DNA from: Candidatus Fervidifonticultor tertius
GTDB taxonomy: Bacteria; Sysuimicrobiota; Sysuimicrobiia; Sysuimicrobiales; Humicultoraceae
Length of the DNA stretch: 64,000 bases
NCBI GenBank assembly: GCA_031459235.1
Contig: JAVKIY010000006.1
Span: 2,067 to 66,066 of the forward strand
Reading direction: 5' to 3'
Shown here: piece after piece, positions 17,233-26,045 of the stretch
Layout of the letters: every line of letters begins with the position of its first letter
Position numbering within the stretch: position 1 is the first letter of the stretch
Program-made: the position numbers and the translations under genes
The notes under the pieces: generated by a model
The model's input: only the letters and a program-made list of their open reading frames with translations
Databases searched by the model: none
Told to the model about the DNA's origin: nothing

Positions 17233-18191
17233 TGACCCGCCTGCCCGTGCCGGTGCTCGACGCGCACGCGCACTTCCCGGTGCGACGGGCCGGCGGCGAC
17301 GATCCGGCGCGCACGGCCTACGTCGGCCGTTTCGGCCGGCAGAAGTGGGAGCTGATCCAACGCCACCTGGCCGCCGACCAGGAAGCCTGGCGCCGCGCGT
17401 GGGGGTTCCCGGCACCCGAGCCGCCCGGCGAAGACGCGGAGATGGCGGCGCGCTGGGCCCACGAGGTCGAGCGCCACGGCCTGGTCCGCGTGGTCTTCCT
17501 CACCGGGGGCGGCAACGACCGCCTCGCCGCGACGGTGCGCGCGCACCCGGGCAAGTTCATCGGGTTCGCCCACCACGACCCCTTCGTCCCGGGCGCGGCC
17601 GCGGAGCTGGAGCGCGCGGTGACGGAGCTTGGCCTGAGCGGCTACAAGATCGTCGCACCGCACCACCGCGAGCCCCTGAACGACGAGCGCCTCTACCCGC
17701 TGTGGGAGACGGCCGAGCGCCTGGGCGTCCCAGTGCTCATCCACTTCGGGCCGCTGCGCTACGAGGGCGTCGTGGCCGGTCCGAACATCAGCCCACTGGT
17801 GCTGCAGGACGTCGCGCGCGCGTTCCCGGGCGTGCCCTTCATCGTGCCCCACTTCGGGTGCGGCTACCCGCGTGAGCTGCTGCACCTGATGTGGGTGTGC
17901 GGGAACGTCTACGTGGACACCTCGGGCAGCAACGAGTGGATCCGGTGGATGCCCTACGAGCTCACGATCAAGAGCCTGTTCCGCAAGTTCCTGGAGACCG
18001 CCGGGCCGCAGCGCGTGTTGTTCGGCACCGACTCGTCGTGGTTCCCGCGCGGGTTCGCGCACACCTACCTCGAGGTCCAGTTCCGCGCGTGCCAGGAGAT
18101 CGGCGTGCCCGAGGCCGACCTGCGGCTGATCTTCGCGGGGAATGCCGCGCGGCTGCTGGGCGTGGCCGTGCCGGGCGACGACGTCGCCTAG
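17232..18191 (+). CDS. Amidohydrolase_2 (PF04909) family metal hydrolase (lactonase/decarboxylase-like)
   Basis: ATG 17232 overlaps the previous stop. PVLDAHAHFP (HxH), VPVLIHFG, FIVPHFG and LFGTDSSWFP. Confidence 0.85.
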   Translation: MTRLPVPVLDAHAHFPVRRAGGDDPARTAYVGRFGRQKWELIQRHLAADQEAWRRAWGFPAPEPPGEDAEMAARWAHEVERHGLVRVVFLTGGGNDRLAATVRAHPGKFIGFAHHDPFVPGAAAELERAVTELGLSGYKIVAPHHREPLNDERLYPLWETAERLGVPVLIHFGPLRYEGVVAGPNISPLVLQDVARAFPGVPFIVPHFGCGYPRELLHLMWVCGNVYVDTSGSNEWIRWMPYELTIKSLFRKFLETAGPQRVLFGTDSSWFPRGFAHTYLEVQFRACQEIGVPEADLRLIFAGNAARLLGVAVPGDDVA

Positions 18192-20338
18192 ACGCCGTCC
18201 GCGGGCGGCGCGGCCGGCGCGTGGGGGTGCGCGAGGGCATCCGCGGCGACGCAGCCCCGCTCGCGCACGATCAACGGGTTGACCTCGATCGACGCCAGGT
18301 CCTCGGCCATCGCCATGGCCAGGTGGGACACCCGGCTCGCGGCCAGCGCGGCCGCATCCAGGTCCAGGGCGCCCTGCGCGGCGGCGTCCCGCAGGGCCGG
18401 GCCGGCCCGCAGTCCCTCGAGCATCGCGCGCACGCGCCCGGGGTCGGCGGGCGCGAGCGCCAGCGCGACGTCGCGCAAGGCCTCGGCCCAGACGCCGCCC
18501 AACCCGACCGCCAGCACGGGTCCGAACTGCGGGTCCACGCGCGTGCCGACGAGCAGCTCGACGCCGCGTGCCATGGCCTGCACCATGACCCCCAGGCGGC
18601 GCGCGCCCTCGGGCAGCGGCGCCGACGCGAGCGCATCGTAGGCCCGCGCCACCTCGTCCGCGGTGCGCAGGTCCAGCCGCACGAGCCCCCAGGCGGCCTT
18701 GTGCGCCAGCCCGGCGGCGGCGGCCTTGGCGACCACGGGATAGCCGATGCGCTCCGCGGCCGCGACCGCCGCCTCGCGCGAGGCGACCACGGCGAACCGC
18801 GCCACCTCGATTCCCGCGGCCTCGAGCAACCGGTACGCCTCCGCCTCGGCGAGCGCGCCGCTTCCGCCGCGCGCCAGCGCGCGCACCTCGGCCGGCACCC
18901 GGACCGCGCCGATCTCCGGCGCCCGCGCGCTCGCCCCGCCCGCGGCAGGCCGCGGCACGGTCACGCCGCGCAGCGCCGCGAGCGCGGTCAGGTCGTTGAG
19001 GAACGGCACCGGGCTCGTCGCGACCTCTTCGCGCCAGTAGCCGGACAGGCCCTCGGGGATGCTGGAGATCACCACGAGTTGCTTCGTCGTGTGCGCGTGG
19101 CGCGCGACGAAGCGCCGAATCAGCCGCTGGTGCGCCGGGCTGCCGCCTTTCTTCTTGAGGTGGATGACCAGCGCGATCACCCCGACGTCGGGGTCGGCGT
19201 CGAGCGCGTCCACCACGTGCGCGAACAGCGCCTCGTCCTCGATGGCCGCGGCGGTCACGTCCAGCGGATTGTCGGCGACGCTGATGCTCGGGATCAGCCG
19301 CGACAGGCGCTCGCGTGTCGCCGCCGAGAGGTCGGCCAGCCGCACCCCGGCGCGGTCGGCCAGGTCGGCCACCAGCGCCTTGATGCCGCCGGAGATCGTG
19401 ATCGCGACCAGGCCGCCCCGCGCCCCAAAGCGGCGGCGGCCGTGGAAGGCCAGGTGGTCGGCGAAGCCGGAGATCGTGGAGGCGACGTCGATGCCGGCGT
19501 CGCGGCAGACCGCGTCGAACACCTCGGCGGAGCCGGCGAGCCCGGCGGTGTGCGTGCGCACCGCATCCGCGCCGCGCGTCGATCGGCCGAGCTTGAGCGC
19601 GACCAGGTGCTTCCCGGCCGCCCGCGCGCGCGCGGCGGTCGCGAGGAAACGCCGGCCGTCGCGCACCGTCTCGAGCACCAGCCCGATCACGCGGGTCTCG
19701 TGGTCGCCGGCCAGATAGTCGAGGCAGGTGTCGGTGTCCAGTCCCTCCTCGTTGCCCGTGGAGACGAGGAGGCTGAAGCCCAGACCGATCTGCGTGCCGT
19801 ACTCCATCGTGGAGATCAGGATGCCGGCGCTCTGCGAGATCACGGCGACCGGGCCAGATCGCAGGTCCTCGGGCACGCTCCTCGGCGGAATCGCGATCGC
19901 GGGGACACGGCCGCGCACGTTGAGAAACCCGATCGCGTTGGGCCCGAGCAGGTGCACGCCGCCCGCGCGCGCGGCCTCGCCTGCCCGCGCCTGCAGCGCG
20001 CGGCCGGCCGGCCCCAGCTCGGCGAACCCCGCGGTCACGACCACGGCACCGCCGACGCCCGCGCGGCCGCAGTCGGCCAGCACCTCGGGGACGATCTGTG
20101 GCGGCGTCAGCACCATGGCCAGGTCCACGCGCGCCGGCAGCGCCGCGAGGGAAGGGTAACAGCGCTCGCCGAGCACCTCGTCGCGGTTCGGGTTCACCGG
20201 GTAGATCGCGCCCGGGTACCCGCGCGCACGCAGGGTGACCAGCAGGTCGCGCGCCAGTCCCGGCGTCTCCGAGGCGCCGACGACCGCGATGGCCGCCGGC
20301 GCGAAGAGCCGGTCGAGCCCGACGGGCGCGCCGGCCAT
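18188..20338 (-). CDS. ADP-forming acyl-CoA synthetase (fused alpha/beta; CoA-binding + ATP-grasp)
   Basis: ATG 20338 (TGATG overlap with the upstream gene). IAVVGASETPG, IYPVNPN, HLLGPNAIGF, phospho-His loop RTHTAGLAGS, and a C-terminal ATP-grasp (GYPVVAKAAAAGLAHKA). Confidence 0.9.
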   Translation of the reverse strand: MAGAPVGLDRLFAPAAIAVVGASETPGLARDLLVTLRARGYPGAIYPVNPNRDEVLGERCYPSLAALPARVDLAMVLTPPQIVPEVLADCGRAGVGGAVVVTAGFAELGPAGRALQARAGEAARAGGVHLLGPNAIGFLNVRGRVPAIAIPPRSVPEDLRSGPVAVISQSAGILISTMEYGTQIGLGFSLLVSTGNEEGLDTDTCLDYLAGDHETRVIGLVLETVRDGRRFLATAARARAAGKHLVALKLGRSTRGADAVRTHTAGLAGSAEVFDAVCRDAGIDVASTISGFADHLAFHGRRRFGARGGLVAITISGGIKALVADLADRAGVRLADLSAATRERLSRLIPSISVADNPLDVTAAAIEDEALFAHVVDALDADPDVGVIALVIHLKKKGGSPAHQRLIRRFVARHAHTTKQLVVISSIPEGLSGYWREEVATSPVPFLNDLTALAALRGVTVPRPAAGGASARAPEIGAVRVPAEVRALARGGSGALAEAEAYRLLEAAGIEVARFAVVASREAAVAAAERIGYPVVAKAAAAGLAHKAAWGLVRLDLRTADEVARAYDALASAPLPEGARRLGVMVQAMARGVELLVGTRVDPQFGPVLAVGLGGVWAEALRDVALALAPADPGRVRAMLEGLRAGPALRDAAAQGALDLDAAALAASRVSHLAMAMAEDLASIEVNPLIVRERGCVAADALAHPHAPAAPPADGV

Positions 20339-21507
20339 CAGGGGCGGACCGTGAACGCGGCCTCGGTGAGCGGCCCGATGCGCTCGGTGTCCACCTCGAC
20401 CCCGAGCCCTGGGCCGCCCGGGACGGTGAACAGACCGCGCGCCGGCAGCAGCGGCTCGCGCAGCACGGCATCGCGCAGCGGGTTGTCGCTGACGTCGAAC
20501 TCGATCCAGTCGAGGTCGGGCGCGGGCAGACTGACCGCCGAGGCCGTGGCCGCGCGTGCGTGCAGCGAGGCCGCCACGAGCAACCCGGTGCCCCAGCCCG
20601 TGGGGCAGTACCGGAACCCGAAGCGCGCCGCCTGGTCCGCGGCCGCGACCGCCTCGCTGATGCCGCCGACGGCCGCCACGCTCGGCTGGACGATGTGGAG
20701 CGCCCGCGCCTCCAGCAACGGCAGGAACGCCTGGCTGGAGGGCAGGTCCTGGCCGCCCGCGGTCCACATGCCGGTGGCCGCGGCGAGCGCACGGTAGCCC
20801 TCGACGTCGTCGATCGGGATCGGCTCCTCGAACCAGTAGGTGCCCAACGCCGCGAGCCCGCGCGCCATCTGCAGCGCGGTGCGCAGCGGGTAGCCCGAGT
20901 TCGCATCGGTGCAGAGCATGACGCCGTCGGGGAGGGCGTGCCGGATCGCCTCCACATGCGCCAGGTCGCGCTCGGGGCTGAGCCCGCCCACCTTTACTTT
21001 CACCCCGCGGAAGCCGGCCGCCGCGTGGCCCCGCGCCTCGTCCACGCGCGGGGCGGGGTCGTCGGCCTCCGCCGGGTAGAACACCGCGGTCGCCACAGCC
21101 GGAAACGACGCCCCTGGCCGGGCGCCGAGCAGCCCGCAGACCGGCTGCCCGAGCAGCCGACCGCGCAGGTCCCACAGCGCGACGTCGATCGCGCTGATGC
21201 CGCGGATGGCGCCGGTCCCCATCCCGCGGCTCGCGCGGCGCATCGTGAGGTTCAGGTCGCGCACCGCGAGCGCCTCACCGCCCAGCAGCGCCGGCGCCAG
21301 CACCGTGCGCACGTGCTCGAGGATCGGCTCGGACGGGCTGCCCAGCGCCGGAAACGTCTCGCCCCAGCCGCTCGTGCCGCCCGCGTCCACGCGCACCAGC
21401 ACCGCGGTGCGGTGGGTGTGACTGCCGCGCACCGCGGACGCCGAGAACGACCGGGCAACCGGAGCCTTGAGGAAGAACGCGGAGACCGCGGTGATGCGGG
21501 CGCTCAT
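20338..21507 (-). CDS. Enolase-superfamily (mandelate racemase/muconate lactonizing enzyme) protein, atypical
   Basis: ATG 21507 (MSARITAVSAFFLKAP). AIDVALWDL, KxK motif GVKVKVGG, and metal ligands in CTDANSGY and YWFEEP. Confidence 0.85.
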   Translation of the reverse strand: MSARITAVSAFFLKAPVARSFSASAVRGSHTHRTAVLVRVDAGGTSGWGETFPALGSPSEPILEHVRTVLAPALLGGEALAVRDLNLTMRRASRGMGTGAIRGISAIDVALWDLRGRLLGQPVCGLLGARPGASFPAVATAVFYPAEADDPAPRVDEARGHAAAGFRGVKVKVGGLSPERDLAHVEAIRHALPDGVMLCTDANSGYPLRTALQMARGLAALGTYWFEEPIPIDDVEGYRALAAATGMWTAGGQDLPSSQAFLPLLEARALHIVQPSVAAVGGISEAVAAADQAARFGFRYCPTGWGTGLLVAASLHARAATASAVSLPAPDLDWIEFDVSDNPLRDAVLREPLLPARGLFTVPGGPGLGVEVDTERIGPLTEAAFTVRP

Positions 21508-21610
21508 GGACGCGTCGGTGTCGATCATACCACGTTGTCTATGGCCGATTCCGCGGGGCGCTAGTCGCCCCGCCAAAGGGCGCGACCGACGGAGGTCGAA
21601 CTCTTCCTCC

Positions 21611-22402
21611 ATGTTCGCCAACCCCGTGAAGGATCGTCTCCGGCAGGGACTTCCGTCGGTCGGCAACTGGATCAGCCTCCCCTCGGCGCCCGTCGTCGAG
21701 GTCATCTCGGCGTACCAGCCCGACTGGCTCGTCTTCGACACCGAGCACGGCCCGGCGGGCTGGGAGCTGGTGGAGGACCTGGCACGCGCCACCGGGGGCA
21801 CCGGGATTGTCCCCATGGTGCGCATCGTCAACAGCGACCCCGGGTTGTTCAAGCAGGCGTTCGACCGCGGCGCGTTCGGCGTGGTCGTGCCGATGGTGAG
21901 CACGCCGGAGCAGGCGCGGGCCGCGGTGGCGTGGTCGAAGTACCCGCCCGAGGGCGTCCGCGGGGTGGCGGGCAGCCGGGTGAACCGCTACGGGCTCGAC
22001 CTGCCCGAGTACTTCGCGCGCTGGAACGAGCTGGTGCTCGTGGTGCTCCAGGTCGAGACCCCGGAGGCGCTCGAGCACGTGGACGCGCTCGCGGCCACGC
22101 CCGGCGTGGACGTCCTGTTCGTGGGGCCCAACGATCTCTCGGCCAGCCTCGGGGTGTTCCGGCAGTTCGACCACCCCACGTTCCGGCGTGCCCTCGACCG
22201 CGTGCTGGCGGCGACCGCGCGCCGGGGGATCGCCGCCGGCTACATGGCGAGCACCGCGGACGAGGTGTTGCAGCGGATCGACGAGGGGTTCCGCTTCGTC
22301 TCCGCCGGAAGCGATGCGCGCATGCTGGCGGGCGCCGCGGCGGCCACGTACAAGAAGATCCGGGACGGGCTCGCCGAGCGGAAGATCGCGGCGCGTGCCT
22401 AG
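21611..22402 (+). CDS. HpcH/HpaI-family 2-keto-3-deoxy-acid aldolase
   Basis: ATG 21611. WISLPSAPVVEVIS, DWLVFDTEHGP, VRIVNSD, VVVPMV, LQVETPEAL and FVGPNDLS are typical HpcH/HpaI motifs. Confidence 0.9.
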   Translation: MFANPVKDRLRQGLPSVGNWISLPSAPVVEVISAYQPDWLVFDTEHGPAGWELVEDLARATGGTGIVPMVRIVNSDPGLFKQAFDRGAFGVVVPMVSTPEQARAAVAWSKYPPEGVRGVAGSRVNRYGLDLPEYFARWNELVLVVLQVETPEALEHVDALAATPGVDVLFVGPNDLSASLGVFRQFDHPTFRRALDRVLAATARRGIAAGYMASTADEVLQRIDEGFRFVSAGSDARMLAGAAAATYKKIRDGLAERKIAARA

Positions 22403-22466
22403 CGCGGCCGTGCCGCGGGCGGCGGCGCCGAGGCAGGCCGCGCAGCGGGGACGGGCGGCGCCGCGT

Positions 22467-22598
22467 TTACGGCCGCCGGCGGTGGCGCTCGCGGATGAGG
22501 CGCAGGAGCGCGGCGTAGGCGACGAAGGCGCTCACGAGGATCGCCGCGACGGCCAGCACGAGCCCGGCGGCGAGCAGGAACGAGAAGCCCTCGGGCAT
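22467..22598 (-). CDS. Candidate 43-aa single-TM mini-protein
   Basis: Below the ORF-track size cutoff. Own translation: MPEGFSFLLAAGLVLAVAAILVSAFVAYAALLRLIRERHRRRP*. GGGAGGG lies just upstream of ATG 22598. It fills an otherwise empty 250-bp spacer. Confidence 0.3.
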   Translation of the reverse strand: MPEGFSFLLAAGLVLAVAAILVSAFVAYAALLRLIRERHRRRP

Positions 22599-22654
22599 AC
22601 ACCCTCCCGGTCGGGTATTCCCCGATCGGCGCACCACCACTCCTGGAGGCCGCC

Positions 22655-23458
22655 ATGGTCACGCTCGGCGAGGCGAAGGACCCCTACTACCTGCCCCATC
22701 TGACCTGGCCGGAGGTCGCCGATCACCTCCGTCGGTCCACGACGGCCATCCTGCCCTTCGGGGCGCTCGAGCAGCATGGCCCGGCGCTACCGCTGGGCAC
22801 CGACACCCTCGGCGTCATCGCGGTCGCGCGCGCCGCGGCCCGGGAGACGGGCGCCCTGGTCGTCCCGGTGGTGTTCCCCGGCCTCTCGTCGCACCACATG
22901 GGCTTCCCGGGCACGGTCACGCTCGGCGAGGAGACCTTCGCGCGGGTGGTCATGGACGCCGCGGCGTCGCTGGCGCGGCACGGGTTCCGGCGGCTCGTGC
23001 TCAGCAACGGTCACGGCGGCAACGAGGCCACGCTGGGCTATCTAGCCTACCGCATCACGCGGGAGACGCCGGCGCACGCGATGCTGTTCGGCATCGCCGA
23101 GCTCCGCAAGATCTACCTGACCGCGGAGATCGACAAGCTCGACATCCACGCCGGCATCGGCGAGACCTCGTCGATGCTCTACCAGCAGCCGGCGCTGGTA
23201 CGGCGCGAGGCCATCGAGCGGCCGCGGATGCGGCTCGACCCGTGGCGCGAGCGGCTGCTGGGGCGCGTGCGGGAGGATCCGTCCCTGCTACGCTACGTCA
23301 CGCTGGGGCTGCCGGCCGTGCACGAGTGCTCCTCCAACGGCTGCATCACCTACGGCGACCCCGCGCGCGCGTCCGTGGAGCGCGGGAAGGAGCTCTTCGA
23401 CGCCTTCGTGGCCGCGCTCGCCGCCTTCATCAAGGCCTGGGAGGAGGCGACCGCCTGA
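22655..23458 (+). CDS. Creatininase-family amidohydrolase, copy 1 (canonical motifs)
   Basis: 267 aa. GGAGG SD. LPFGALEQHGPALPLGTD, SNGHGGN and HAGIGETS. Confidence 0.9.
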   Translation: MVTLGEAKDPYYLPHLTWPEVADHLRRSTTAILPFGALEQHGPALPLGTDTLGVIAVARAAARETGALVVPVVFPGLSSHHMGFPGTVTLGEETFARVVMDAAASLARHGFRRLVLSNGHGGNEATLGYLAYRITRETPAHAMLFGIAELRKIYLTAEIDKLDIHAGIGETSSMLYQQPALVRREAIERPRMRLDPWRERLLGRVREDPSLLRYVTLGLPAVHECSSNGCITYGDPARASVERGKELFDAFVAALAAFIKAWEEATA

Positions 23459-23537
23459 GAGAGGAACCGGCCGTGGACGGCGAACTGTAGCATGCTAAGG
23501 GAGGCGCGCCGGCTACGGCGCGCACAGGGGGGTTGCG

Positions 23538-25070
23538 ATGACGCAAAGCATGCGGTGGTGGACGGTCGTGGCGTGCGCGGTGACCGTGGCGGTGGCCGCG
23601 GGGGCGGCGGGCCCGCCGGCGGCGGGCGCGCCGGCGCGCGATGTGCTCCGGCTCTCGGTCCGCACGACGGTGGTCGGGCTGGACCCGAAGTTCGAGACGG
23701 CGAGCACAGTCGGGTTCATCAACTCGAACGTCCTCGAGTCCCTGGTGACCACCGACTTCGACGGCAAGACGATCCTGCCGCAGCTCGCCACCGAGTGGCG
23801 CGCGGAGACGGGGTCGAGCTGGGTGTTCCGGCTGCGGCCCAACGTCCGGTTCCACGACGGGACGCCGTTCAACGCACAGGCGGTGAAGTTCAGCCTGGAG
23901 CGGATGGCCGACGCGGAGTCGGTCCACCGGGGCGACTTCGCGTGGCTCCAGTCCGTCGAGGTGGTCGACCCGCTCACCGTGCGCATCCGCAGCAAGTTCC
24001 CCTACGCCCCGATGCTGAGCGCGCTCGCGTTCTACCAGCCGTATATCGTGAGCCCCACGGCCGTCCAGCAGATGGGCACCCAGTTCGGCCAGAAGCCGGT
24101 GGGCACCGGCCCGTTCAAGTACGAGAGCCACGTGCCGCGTCAGCGCACGATCATGGTGCGCAACGACGACTACTGGGGCCCCAAGGCGAAGGTCTCGCGC
24201 GCCGAGTGGATCATCGTGGTGGAGGAGAACGCGCGGCTGGCGGCGCTGCTGTCGGGCGAGCTCGACATCCTGACCATCATCGAACCGTCGATCATGCAGG
24301 CGCTGGCGACACGTCCGCAGTTCGCGGTGCTGCGCGGGCCGGACGACCTGGTGGACCGCGTGGGGTTCAACGCGCGGAAGCGGCCGTTCGACGACGTGCG
24401 CGTGCGGCGCGCGCTGATCCACGGCGTCAACCGGATGCAGATGATCGCGACGATCTTCGGGGGCGTCGGCGTGGCCTACGACCCACCGCTGGCGCCGGGC
24501 ATCTGGGGCTACGACCCGCAGACGATGGGACGGCTCAGCTACCCCTACGACCCGAACAAGGCCCGCGCGCTGCTGGCTGAGGCCGGGTTCCCCAACGGGT
24601 TCCGGACGACGTTCACCATCATCAACCGCCCCGACCACAGGCAGATCGGCGAGGTCATCCAGGCCGACCTCAAGCAGATCGGCGTGGAGGTCGCGCTCCG
24701 CGCGCTCGACTTCGCCACCGTCTCGCAGTCCACCCGACAGGGCGAGCACGACATGTACATCATCGGCACCTACGGCGTGGGCGATCCGGACCGGGTGCTC
24801 CCGGAGTTCGAGTCGGCCAACTTCAACGTCCGCAACCGCAACTTCTGGGCCGACCCCGAGGTGGACCGGCTGATCCTGGCCCAGCGACAGGAGCTTGACA
24901 CCCAGAAGCGCCTGGCCCTCGTCCGCCAGGCCGCGGCCAAGATCCGCGAGGCGGCCCCGGAGTTCGCGCTGCGATGGCGCCGCGCGGTCTTGGCGATTAA
25001 CAAGGATGTGGTCGGCTACCGGGTGCACCCGCAGAAGTGGTACGTGCGCGACACGTCGGTCGGACGGTAG
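23538..25070 (+). CDS. ABC substrate-binding protein, family 5 (DppA/OppA-like), module 2
   Basis: 510 aa. Signal peptide (WWTVVACAVTVAVAAGAAG). RFHDGTPFNA and GTGPFKYE. Confidence 0.9.
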   Translation: MTQSMRWWTVVACAVTVAVAAGAAGPPAAGAPARDVLRLSVRTTVVGLDPKFETASTVGFINSNVLESLVTTDFDGKTILPQLATEWRAETGSSWVFRLRPNVRFHDGTPFNAQAVKFSLERMADAESVHRGDFAWLQSVEVVDPLTVRIRSKFPYAPMLSALAFYQPYIVSPTAVQQMGTQFGQKPVGTGPFKYESHVPRQRTIMVRNDDYWGPKAKVSRAEWIIVVEENARLAALLSGELDILTIIEPSIMQALATRPQFAVLRGPDDLVDRVGFNARKRPFDDVRVRRALIHGVNRMQMIATIFGGVGVAYDPPLAPGIWGYDPQTMGRLSYPYDPNKARALLAEAGFPNGFRTTFTIINRPDHRQIGEVIQADLKQIGVEVALRALDFATVSQSTRQGEHDMYIIGTYGVGDPDRVLPEFESANFNVRNRNFWADPEVDRLILAQRQELDTQKRLALVRQAAAKIREAAPEFALRWRRAVLAINKDVVGYRVHPQKWYVRDTSVGR

Positions 25071-25124
25071 CGCCGCCGCGGCGCGTCAGCCGGCTGTAGA
25101 CGCCGGCAGGCCTGGGTCGCACCC

Positions 25125-26045
25125 GTGCTCCAGTACGTGCTCCGGCGGGTAGCCCACCTGGCGCTGGTCGCCGCCGGCGTCGTGGTCGTGACGTTCTCGA
25201 TGCTCCACCTGATCCCCGGCGATCCGGCGCACGTGATCGCCGGGGACTTCGCCACCCAGGAGAGCATCGAAGGGGTCCGGCGTCGCCTGGGGCTCGACCA
25301 GCCGCTGCCGGTCCAGTTCGCCCGGTACGTGGGCCGCCTGGCGCGCGGTGACCTGGGAGCGTCGTTCCGGAGCAACGTGCCGGTGACCCGCGAGCTCGGC
25401 CTGTCCTACCCGATCTCCGCGCAGCTCGCCGTGTACTCGCTCGCGCTGGCGACCGCGGTGGGCGTGCCGCTCGGCGTGGTGGCGGCCGTGCGGCGCGGCA
25501 CGTTCGCCGACCTGGCGACGATGGTGGTCGCCATGGCGGGCCTGTCCATCCCCAGCTTCTGGCTCGGGCTCAATCTCATCCTGCTCTTCTCGGTCCGGCT
25601 GGGGTGGCTCCGCTCCATCTGGGGCGGGGCGCCGGCGGACTACATCCTGCCGTCGGTGACGCTGGCGATGTTCTCGCTCGCCCTGATCGCGCGCCAGACG
25701 CGCTCCAGCATGCTCGAGGTCCTCACGCAGGACTACATCCGCACGGCGCGGGCGAAGGGCCTGGCCGTGCGGGCAGTGTACTACCGCCACGCGCTGCTGA
25801 ACGCGCTGATTCCGGTCCTCACCGTGATCGGCCTGAACTTCGGCTACATCCTGGGCGGCACGGTGATCACGGAGTCCATCTTCTCGATGCGCGGCATGGG
25901 CACGCTGCTGGTGGCGTCGATCCTCGACCGCGACTACCCTATTGTCCAGGCCGGCATCCTGGTGCTCGCCCTCAACTTCGCGGTCATCAACCTCCTCACC
26001 GACCTGCTCTACGCGCTGATCGACCCACGCATCCGCTATGAATAG
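25125..26045 (+). CDS. ABC permease, DppB/OppB-like, module 2
   Basis: 306 aa, GTG start. LQYVLRRVAHLALV, DYIRTARAKGLAVRAVYYRHALLNAL and IDPRIRY. Confidence 0.9.
   Translation: MLQYVLRRVAHLALVAAGVVVVTFSMLHLIPGDPAHVIAGDFATQESIEGVRRRLGLDQPLPVQFARYVGRLARGDLGASFRSNVPVTRELGLSYPISAQLAVYSLALATAVGVPLGVVAAVRRGTFADLATMVVAMAGLSIPSFWLGLNLILLFSVRLGWLRSIWGGAPADYILPSVTLAMFSLALIARQTRSSMLEVLTQDYIRTARAKGLAVRAVYYRHALLNALIPVLTVIGLNFGYILGGTVITESIFSMRGMGTLLVASILDRDYPIVQAGILVLALNFAVINLLTDLLYALIDPRIRYE

Noticed and set aside
17184-20957. 1257-aa minus ORF and 968-aa plus ORF (17891..20797) spanning the acyl-CoA synthetase region
   Set aside because: Both are extremely Arg/Gly/Pro-rich with no recognisable domain. 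They are out of frame with or antisense to the well-supported ADP-forming acyl-CoA synthetase (18188..20338).
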